From the human T2T-CHM13v2.0 reference genome, Homo sapiens: a stretch of 64,000 nucleotides of DNA. Positions 15,606-28,658 of the stretch are shown here, piece after piece. The translations under genes and the position numbers were made by a program. Location of the stretch: the NCBI RefSeq assembly GCF_009914755.1, contig NC_060925.1; one strand, given 5' to 3'. Position 1 is the stretch's first letter. Every line of letters starts with the position of its first letter. The notes below the pieces were generated by a model. It did no database searches, was not told the DNA's origin, and saw only the letters and a program-made list of their open reading frames with translations.

Positions 15606-17120
15606 TTTTAAAAATTTATTTAGTATTTACAAAGCAATAGTTATGAATGATTCCATGATCTCACAGTACAATAAAGAATAAGAAGTCCAGGCAAGAGGCT
15701 CAAAGTTTAATTCATGTATTGATTAACTCATATATTTGACTTACATACCAACTATAAAGAAGGTTCACAAAAAAAAGTTTCCTAATGATAAGGAAAGATC
15801 TTTCTCTTCCATCAGTGGAAACTGTCAGTTAATTTGTTAGATGTTAGTGGCATTTTGATTCAATAATAGAAGACCTTAATGAAAAAAATTTGGCAAACCC
15901 CATTCTTTATGCAACAAAAGTATGGAGAACTGGGAAAGAGTTACACTGAGCCACAAAAGATTTAGGATGGGATAATAATGAGTTGAAATTGGAGGTTTCT
16001 TTTGGGCAGCAAGAGCAATTTAATGAGTGGCCTGATTAGAAAAGCAGTTTGAATAAAGTACATGGAGTCTACTTCTAGCCATCAAAAGAGATAGAGATTT
16101 AATTTTTTTAAAGGCACCTCCCATTATTGTGAATGAAATGTTTATCGCTACAGATAAGTTACATTTGGTAAAATGTAGAAAGATTCTAGTCTCGAAACTA
16201 GACTGATGAATATGCTTCAGATAAGCAGAGGCAGTCACAAATAAAGATGTAATTAAGAGGATAACTTTAAAGGTTTTAGCAAACCTATGCTATCTCCACC
16301 AGAGACAAAATCGGCAGGTTAAAAGAAGATGGTCTGACGCCATCTGACAGCAAAGTATTTACTCAATAAACAAGACCTGAGATAGCCAGAGTATTTTTAG
16401 AGACTTAGGTACAGACTATGAGGAAGGAATAATGAAGTTCTAGGAAATGTGGAAAACTACAGAGAAACTGAAGAATCACTGTCATCTGAACCTGTGGGCA
16501 GGTGGTTTATTTCCCTACTCTTGCTGTTTGGATCTGACCTAGCCCAACAAAATAACAGGGCCTAGACTTGAGATATTATCAATCCACAAATGATGTCTTC
16601 AAACTGACTTGGCAGATATGCCTTATTGCTTGATTAGGGTAGTTTTTATATCCATAATATTTTCTCCAAAACAAAAAACATTTTGGTATTATCAAAGCTC
16701 ACCTCCAATTACAACCCAAAATGTAGTATATCCTTCAATTATATTATAATTGAAGACTTGTTAGCTGAATTGCAATACACAGAAAAGCATTATATTACCT
16801 TACAGACAATAAGAAAACCCACACCATTGAATTCTGACAACTAAATTAAATTGGTTCCTACCAACAAAACAATAAAAGCACAAAGCTTTTAATAATGTAG
16901 TAAAATTACAAGTAATTTGGTTTTTTACTGTTAAGATTATCACTCATTCATAACTTTAACTGTACATATTTTAGGCTTTGAAAAACATAAACCACAGTTC
17001 TATTTTAAAATGTTTTCAAATATATTTGATCAGTATTCTTTTTACTTGAATTTCACTAATAAAATTATGTGTAAAAGACTTAGTAATAATAAAAGCTTTT
17101 TGTCTTACAATGCCAAGTGA

Positions 17121-17466
<346 letters not shown>

Positions 17467-17789
17467 GACACAGCTATTTAACGATCACTTTAATATTAAA
17501 AAACAAACTACTTATATACCACTGTTTTTACTAGGAGGACAAAAAATTTTTTAATAAATAAGTTTGGACGGAAATTTGAACAAAGCATTGGCTGGGATTC
17601 TTAAGCACAAATAAGGTAAGCCCAGCATTTTATAAACTGTAGAATGTAATGCTGATTCTGAAATTCCAATTATATCTGGATTCTCATAAATTTAAACGTG
17701 TGAGATCTACACAAAATTAAAAGCTCCAAATAAAGTTCTAACTATAATCATAAACCACGGTTTTCTCTGTATCCCTCTTAAATATAACA

Positions 17790-18015
17790 TTTATTGACTA
17801 CTGACTATATGTCAAGCACTAGGTTAAGTATGTGCATCAACTTGTCGACTCTCTCAGGTTGGCACCATTACGTCCATTTTACCGATGAGATCACTAGAAC
17901 ACATTTAATTAACTCATCCTAGGTCACACAGACCTTGTGGTCGAGTTGGGTTTGAATCTCAGACCAAGAATATGGTCTGAGTCCAGAGTCCATATTCTTC
18001 ACCATTCAGCTACAC
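17790..18015 (-). mobile_element. MIR
   Basis: CCATTTTACCGATGAG...AGGTCACACAG...GGGTTTGAATCTCAG. Confidence 0.6.
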
Positions 18016-19239
18016 CACATCCCTGTCACTGAGGTTATCTCAGAGTTCAGCCGCATTTGCAGCTCCCTCACCATTCCGTGGTGATACCATCTACTACAAT
18101 AGCTCCAAGTATTTACTCTTTACGAATGACTACAACGATGAGTCTAGCCCTCACGGCTTCCTGTTTCACAGCCGCAGTTCAACTGTCTGCTAGCTTTTTT
18201 CACAGGGCTATCCTTTAGGCATGTTGGTGTCAGTATGACCAAAATACAACCTATCTTCTTTTCCCATGCCTTTTGTGTTCCCTACTCCCACTAATCTCCC
18301 ATCTGATCAACCATGGAACCATTTTAAATTCTGTCTTACTATTCTGGCAATCATCAAAAGCTAGGCCTCTTGTGCCATACAGCCAAGTTGTGAATGCAAA
18401 GGAAAAGTTCTTGAAGTAAATTAAAAGTGCTACTCTAGTGAACACAGGAATGATAAGAAAGCAAAACAGCCTAATGCTGATATGGACAAGGTCTGAGTGG
18501 TCTGGATAGAAGATCAAACCAGCCACAACATTCCCTTAAGCCAAACTAATCCAGAGCAAAATCTGAACTCTCTTCAATTCTGTGAATGCTGACAGAGGTG
18601 AGGAAACTGCAGAAGAAAAGTTTGCAGAGGTTGGTTCATGAGGCTTAAGGAACGAAACCATCCCCCTAACATGAAAGTGCACAGAGAAGCAGCAAGTGCT
18701 GATATAGAAGCTGTAGCAACTTATCCAGAAGATCTAGCTAAGATAATTGATTAAGATGGTTATAATAACAACTGATTTTCAATGTTGATAAAACAGCCTT
18801 CTATTGGAAGAAGATGCCATCTAGGACTTTCAGAGCCAGAGAGAAGGCAATGCCCAGCTTCAAAGCTTCAAAGGACAGGCTGACTCTCTTGTTAGGGGTT
18901 AATGTAGCTGGTGACTTTATGTTGGAAGCCAATGCTCATTTTCCATTCCAAAAGTCATAGGGCCCTTAAGAATTATGCTAAATCTACTCTGCTTGTGCTC
19001 TACAAATGGAACAATAAAGCCTGGATTATGGCATATTTACAGTGTGGTTTACTAAATATTTTAAGACCACTGTAGAGACATACTGCTCAGAAAAAAATGA
19101 TTATTTGCAAAATATTACTGCTCATGGACAATGTACCTGGTTACCTAAGAGCTCTGATGGAGATGTACACGGTGATTAATGTTGCTTTCATACCTGCTAA
19201 CATCCATTCTGCAGCCCATGGATCAAGGAGCCATTTTGA

Positions 19240-19849
<610 letters not shown>

Positions 19850-22800
19850 CGTTTTGTCTTCTAAGCAGAAAATGTATTCCTTTATTTAAGAAATAACATT
19901 TTGCAAGACATAGCTGTCATAGGTAATGATTCCTCTAATAGATCTGGACAAAGTAAACTGAAAATCTTTTGGAAAGGATTCACCATTCTACATGCCATTA
20001 AGGACTTCTGTGATTCATGGAGGAGGTAAAAATATCAAGATTAACCGGAGTTTGGAAGAAACTGATTCCAACCCTCATGGATGACTTTGAGGGTTCAAGA
20101 CTTCAGTGGAGGAAGTCACTGCAGATATGGTGGAAACAGAAACAGAACTAGAAAGACTAGAGTTAGAAGTGAAGCCTGAATATGGGACTGGATTGCTGCA
20201 ATCTCGTGATAAAACATTAACAGATGAGAAGTTGCTTCTTATGGATGGGAAAAGAAAGTGGTATCTTGCAATAGAATCTACTGGTGAAGCTGTTGTGAGC
20301 ACTGTTGAGATGACAACAAAGGATTCAGAATATTACATAAACTCAGTCGATAAGCCAGCGGCAGGGTCTGGGAGGACTGACTGCAGTTTTGAAAGAAGTT
20401 CTACTCTGGGTAAAATGCTATCAAACAGCATCACATTGCTACAAGGAAATCTTTCATGAAAGGAAGAGTCAATCAACGTGGCAGACTTCACTGTTGTCTT
20501 CTTTTAATTAAGAAATCGCCACAGTCATCCCAGCCTTCAGCAACCACTGCCCTTGAATAAGTCCACAGTCATCAGCAGGGATGTAAGACCCTATGCCAAC
20601 AAAAAGCTGATGACTTACTGAAGGCTCAGATGATCACTACTGTTTTTTACTAATAAAATATTTACTTGTTTAGGTATATACTTTTTTTAAGAAGCAGTGT
20701 TACTGCACACAGTATAGTGTGAACATAATTTTTACATGCACTAGGAAAAAAAAACTGTGTGACTTGCTTTGAGATATTTGCCTTACTATAGCGGTCTGAA
20801 ACCAAACCTGTACTATCTTCGAGGTGTTACTGTAGATAATCTTCCAGTATAATTTTTAGGTTGAATGTATTTCATTTGGTTATCTGTAAAGCTGGTATTG
20901 TAGCTCTGTTTACCCTAATATTCATAAAAACCTGCATCATGTCTTACATTCCTACTCGATGGAAGTCAATATCTGTTTTCATAACAGAGAAACTGAGGCA
21001 GGAGCTACCAAAGCATATGCATCAGGGATACCTGAAAGAAACCTTCCCTCATCAAACTGAAGACCAAATATGCCATATCTCGCTTATACACTTCATATTC
21101 TAAATGGAGCTTGCTTTTGTGCTTTAAATTTAAATGCAGGTAAACAGTTACTATGTACAGATTAACAAAGTGCTGATCAAGTGAAATAGTCCTAAATTCT
21201 AAACAGAAAGAGTATGCTAAAGCATAAAACATTTTTGTAATAAATTAAAAATCACTATTATCTTTTTCAAATAAAAGTGTCTTTATCTATTACTCTTCAA
21301 ATATTGCTCTCAGCACAGGAGTCTTTTAGGTGACAGTAGTTCATTTAAATAAATAAAATTATTTCTCATATTCTACTTAGTTTGTGATTCATAGCCATTT
21401 GAAAATACATTTTCTCACCCTAAGCAAACTTATCACTGCTCTATAGAAACATTAAATATCCACATTTCCTTCCATATTTTGTATCTTTCCTTCCTTCCAC
21501 CACCCTCCTTTTTTCTCCACATAAAACAAACAAAAAAACCACTTCTCTGGCTTTGAGATATATAGCTAGAAAGTATAACTTGAAAAATTAAAATCCCAAA
21601 GGCAAGTTTTATTAGCATAGTGCTACTGACAAACTAGAGGGATAAGGCATGAACATCACTGTAGGTTAAATAGCCTGTTCTTAAAGTCCTGCCATAGATA
21701 ATAAAAAGTACACATTGATAATAGTAACACTATGCACATAGCAAAATGGAACCAAGTGAAAATACAGTGTATAGCCCTTATTCCCTCTTCTCTTTGTATT
21801 ACAACTGTTTTTTTATTTGGGGGTAGGGAAGTGTATTTGGCTCAGAAGAAGGTTTTTAGTCTTTCTAGTTTGGGGTAGAGGGAGCTTGAGAGAGGAGGCC
21901 TCCTGCCAGGAGGCATCTAGACATACAGGCACCACTGGATCTTGTGTAGCTGGACATCTTTTTCAAGGGAAGGGGAAAAATGATGAGACAAGAGTAAGAC
22001 CTGTTGTTGCTAGCAGCGCCTGGAAGTACAAAAAAATGTGTCAAGATGCTCTCACTACAAGCATTTTGTTGGCCCATAATGATCCATGGATCCCAAAGTA
22101 CATATATGCCTTTCCTCTAACTAGAACAACTGGCTTAAAATGCTTCATTAATTACTCTCCTAAAAAGCTATTTGTATGATAAAGCAAAAATGTTTTAAGC
22201 AGCACGATGAGATTAGAAAGGCATGTTCTCTCCAAGAATAAAAGCGATGACAAGTGAATAGTCTTTAAAAATAAAAAACTAAACATTACATCAAACCAAT
22301 GAGCCAGAAAAAACACAATTCACAGAAGTCAATGAAATAAAGAACAAAAAAGATGAACATTAACATAGAGTAAAAGTTTCTTGTTTTTTAAAAGCATCTA
22401 TGAAATATTATGTATAAACTCTTTAATAATGTCCTCAAGTATACAACTTGAAGATTAAGGTCTTAAAGACAGAAGTAAGCTTAGTATGTATACAGTGAAA
22501 ATGTTTAGGTAACATATGGTATACTGCAGTAAAATCTAACATCTCACAAACTTTAAACAAAAAATCCTTATATTTTAACTACTATAGTATCTGCTTGAGT
22601 ATAATCTCTCTTCAAAGTTCAGCCATAGTAAGTTATTAATTTCCATAAGTTATTAATTAAAAATCATATCTGCAGCATAAATTTTTTTTGTACATAATCT
22701 AAAGGTTACTATAAACAGATTTAATCTTCAAAATAGTCATATTTTGTTTTACTTACTAAACGGTTGAACTGCCCATACTTAATGAGCTCATAAAGTATGA

Positions 22801-23239
22801 GTGAAAATCTGCTTACCCTAATTCTCTCCAGAGAGCAGTAGCCACATCTCTAAAAGGTATACTATTACATCTTTGGAAGTTTAAAGGAAAGTAATCCATA
22901 AATTGCCTGCAGTTCTTAATTATGTAGATCTGATACTGCCTACCTTTCAAAGTTTCACTTACTTATCACCATCTTTAAAAGAAATTCTTAAAAAGGGAGG
23001 GGGGGAGACAGAAAAGGTCAAAATAAATTAATTCTACAATATGTTAGTGGTATAGGCATAGAAAAAAAAGAAAAAAAGCTGGATAGAGAGTAATACTACT
23101 GACTAAACGGAGTTCACAGTTATCTGTGGATTTCAGTTCTTAGACTATTAGTAAAAATCAAGTACAAGCTAAACTTTGTTACCAAGTTGTAATGTTCATA
23201 GAAATTTTGAATTCTTAAAGATAAGTCCTGAAAACCAAC

Positions 23240-23474
23240 CTGGCTATCTCTTCTCGATGAGCAGTCCAATCTCGGATGTAGTCTTCCTGCTCTTTAATCC
23301 GGTGTTTGAATGAAGAACTAGTAGGCACTGCTGATCCAGCGCTCTGCAAGCGAGTGGTTTTCAGGGCTGGAGAAGTACGTAGACGGGTATGTTTAGGGGA
23401 ATTACGGTTTGATCCAAATTCATCTTCTGAGGTGGAAGCATAATCAGTAGGAAAGCGCCTCCATCTTGAATTTA
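23240..23474 (-). CDS. CEP170: CEP170 coding exon (~exon 14), 235 nt; in-frame alternative acceptor with exon start at 23366
   Basis: Acceptor CTAATTTAG|TA, donor CAG|GTTGGT. Encodes (V)[13 protein letters not shown]...[10 protein letters not shown](R). Confidence 0.94.
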
Positions 23475-25801
23475 CTAAATTAGTTTAATTATTAAAAAAA
23501 GAATTATTATGTTATCATTTAAAGGAGGTAAAATAAAAGTCATGACTTCAAAACACCATGAGAGCGCACACACGGCACAATTTTCAATAACTGACGTACA
23601 CATACCTCACAAAAACCATAAGTCTACTACTCCTTAGAGATAGAAACATTACACTTCGGTGAATTAAAAACAATGAAGAATCAAAAACAATTGGAAGACC
23701 ATGTTTTCCATAGTGTGGTGAGTAAACATTCAGATGAAAAATTTCGCTAATGATAAACAACTAAGCAAGCTCTATCCATCGATGTTTAACTGGAGTACTT
23801 TTCAATTGCAAATATTTCTTACTTGAGTGAAAATATGAATTTTTCAAAAAAAAAAAGACAGTAACAACATCAACGACAACAAAAATAAAAACAAGGGAAA
23901 AGATTTCCTCATGCCACATGGACTTTCAACATGGAGATGGTAAAAACTCTCTTTTCCCAACATACAGATGTGCATAATTCCGGCTGTGGAAATTATGCCT
24001 TTATGGCAGAAAAAAAAACATTACCTCTGTCATTCAACATCCTGTTACGCTATGGTTGGAAAAAATCTTTTTACGTGGTAAAAAAACACAACAAAGCATC
24101 TTCAGTACAACTCTCTGCTGCTTTGACACTGAAAGCATATGGTGAAAATAGACAATGGCATAAAATCTACAAAAAGCAAAACTGTACAAGCTTTTGTCAC
24201 AACCATTGACACTGAAGGCACAGGAGATACTGTGAAGAGTCACATTAAAGAAAGTGGCAATCACTTTCTTATTTACAGTTAGTAAAGACATTAAAAAATG
24301 GTATTGCTCACACATTTAAAAAATCAGAAGACAAGGCAGACACTTTACTACTGTTAATATGAGAATCAAACATACAAATAATTTGTGAAGCATAAATAGA
24401 GGTAAAAAGAGAGATAATGGCTAATTCCTGGTAAACCTAACAAGGGCAGGAACCATGTCTGTTTAATCCAATAATGTATACCTAGCACTTAGCTGAGTGT
24501 TGGCTAGCAAATGTTTAACAAATATTTTTGAAAAAAATGTAAGAATTCCTGGATGTAAACATTTACTTTTCCGAAACCTAGTGAAAAGCATTAAATGTTA
24601 TTGGTGTTTAAAGTGAAAAAACCTTAGCATCTTCTTCCTTTTTAATAGAAACTGACCCTAAGCTGCACAGAATCCAGAAATTCCTCCACTCTAATTTTAT
24701 GCCTTTTATGTCTTTTCCTCCAAAAACTACATTTTCAGCTGGGGATCTCTAAGGCTGAGGTTGCTCTCAGATAAAACTGGCATATATTGCCACCAGAACT
24801 GGCTTAAGAAACAGAGAACTCTACAACGAGGAATATGCCATAAATTAGAGCCTATCGATTCGTCCTTATTCACACCCCTATTTACAGATCCTGATGTTTG
24901 GAACTAGATTCATTCATAGGTATGACAGAATGAACATATGCAGAAAGTTCATGGCTCTCTGTAAAAGTGTATGCAAATGCATATACTAGGTAATTAGTCA
25001 TAGACCTTTTTTGAGGAGCTTAAATATAATTTCTGATTTTAACACTGTAAGATAATTTATTAACATAGATAATACTTTTACCATGGTGATAATGTGCTCA
25101 TTTCTAGATAAAAAAACTTCTGTGAGTTGAAGTGATCCTGAGACTTGAAACCAATTTTAGGAAAAGTTTAGAACAAGAGTAAAGAGGTTTAGAAAAAAAT
25201 TAAGAAATACGGCAGGCAAAATCAGAAATAGTGTAAACAAATTTGTACGTTTCAAAAAAACATTTCATTAAATGCTAAATGTGTGTTTCTTGTGCTATCT
25301 TACAATAGTGTTCATAAATAAGAAAAAAATCATTTGTTACATCAAATGTTCTGATTTTTGATGAGGCAACTATGGTCACTATACATATGATTGGAAACTA
25401 GAGAGAAAAGAAAAGCAATTAACAAAGAGCTTTAATAACTGCAGAACATATGAAAACGTAAGTATGATAAAACTCAGACAGTTAATTTTGAGGTAACTTA
25501 GAAAGAATGGCATCGATGGCTGATACATTTCGTGGCAGACTACATGAAAGCAGAAGGAGAAATTGAGTACCAAGTGCTATTAATATACGTTAAATGTCAG
25601 GTGATCACATATAAGTAGAGCCATGCTAGAATCAACTTTTAATAGTCTGAGCTTAGGATCAAAATGCAATTACATTTTGAGGAAAAAAGTACGAGAAAAA
25701 CTTCCTTTTCACAAACTTTCCATCTCTTTTCATAGGCTGGTCTACCTAGAAGTCAGTAAGAATAGTAAAGCTACTAATAATATCTTTTAAAAGCAATCAG
25801 G

Positions 25802-26114
<313 letters not shown>

Positions 26115-26632
26115 TCAAACGAATACAGCATATTTTAAAAAGTAAAAGGTAACATCTTTAGGTATGTTCTTTAAAATTGAGGAGGAAACTGGATAATCAG
26201 CATACAGCAGAGAAATAAAAATGTGATTAAAAATCATTAAGTAATTAAGAGCTCCCTTTGCCAGTGGAAAACATATCACACATGGGATGCTATGAAGAAA
26301 AGCTCCAGTTAACTCTGGACACAGTCTGCGTAACGACAAAGAGCAGAGCTGAGACTGAGTGAAATGATGGCTACTGGTGGAGAAGGGACTGGGAAAGGGA
26401 GTTCAATGCTAGGCCCTCTAACCTGTTATTTCTCAAAGAATTTATTTCAAAACTTTCTTTCTTAACATTTGCTTCCAAACTATAGCAGCTACCTAACCTT
26501 TTTTCTTCTAAAGAAAATTCCCTATCACCTGCTAATTAACACCAAATAAACTTCAAGTTAAAATATTTTAAATTTCCCCCCATCTACTTATTTCATAAAA
26601 TTTTAGAAGAATGGCCTTTGACATGAGTCTAA

Positions 26633-27133
<501 letters not shown>

Positions 27134-28048
27134 TAAATTTCTCATGTAATGATAGTTTTTCTGATATCTACCTGTGTTGAAGAAAAAATTTATTTCTTTC
27201 TCTTGAATTTTATTCAGCTTAAGTAACAATTTATAAAAATAAATTTGATTTTCTTAATATATTATTAGGCTCATTTGATGGGTTGATATTACTAAGGCAT
27301 TGGAAGGTGTCTGAAATGCCTATCTCTAAGAGACTTATTCGTTAGTAAAGGCCTAGACAGCATATATATTAAAATGAAAGTTCCAAGATGGGCTTGATTA
27401 AGCTTGTAGCTAGAGCTACAGCATTCATTACAAAATTTATTTTTTAATTATAAAATAGGCAACATTCCCTCTTGTGTTGTAGTACTAAACTACTATATTC
27501 ACTACAAAAACATACTATCATTTATGATGTCTAGAGACTTAAAAAGGAAAAAAAGAGTTGTTAGTATCATATTTCTGTGAATGTTCCAATTTCTTTGTTG
27601 GCATTAAAACATACAACTATAGATTTTGCAAACACGCTTCAGAAAACACACATTGCATCTTCATACAATATCAGAATATTTTAGTGGAAAATTACCACAA
27701 ACATGTTTTGAATGTATATTTATGAGCATTCAGCAATAAGATCAGCTGGGGAGAAAAACTGCTGACAATGCTCTGTTTTGTCCTTTGACCTGGAGAAAGA
27801 GTTAACTCAAGCCATGCATGTCTAACATTTAATTTCTACTGCCTATAAATTTTGAAGATTAGAATTAAAAAGGGACTGCAAACAGTCTCAAAAAATTCTA
27901 AGGATATTAACATAATGTTTTTATTTTCTAAAATGTGCACTTAAAACATAATGAAAACCAAGTGCTTTATTTTGATAATTCAAGGTCTTTAAATTTAAAT
28001 ATATCTTGCCAAAATAAATCTGGATATTTCAGTTACAACTTGATATCA

Positions 28049-28374
<326 letters not shown>

Positions 28375-28501
28375 CTAGTTAAACTCCTAGAAGCAAATTG
28401 CAAATTACATCAGAGAAACATACAGAACTCTTCTCTTCATATTGCTAAATCTGAGATTTCCAATCTTCTATTTTTATCACATACATTTCTTTAAAAAAAA
28501 C

Positions 28502-28658
28502 TTTTTTTTAATGGAGACAGGGTCTCACTTGTCCAAGGCTGGAATGCAGTAGTGTGATCACAGCTCACTGCAGCCTTGAACTCCTGGGCTCAAGTAATCC
28601 TCTAACTTTGGCCTCCCCTAAAATACTGGGATTACAGGCATGAAACACTGTGCTGGCC
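28502..28658 (-). mobile_element. FRAM/AluJ monomer
   Basis: GAGACAGGGTCTCAC...CAGCTCACTGCAGCCTTGAACTCCTGGGCTCAAG. Confidence 0.82.

Noticed and set aside
17958-17981. 9-bp stem hairpin CTCAGACCA/TGGTCTGAG
   Set aside because: Short, lies within a MIR remnant, and is compatible with chance.
20106-20459. 117-aa ORF resembling TIGD1
   Set aside because: A residual piece of a decayed Tigger1. The upstream transposase is truncated, has stops and is split by two Alus.
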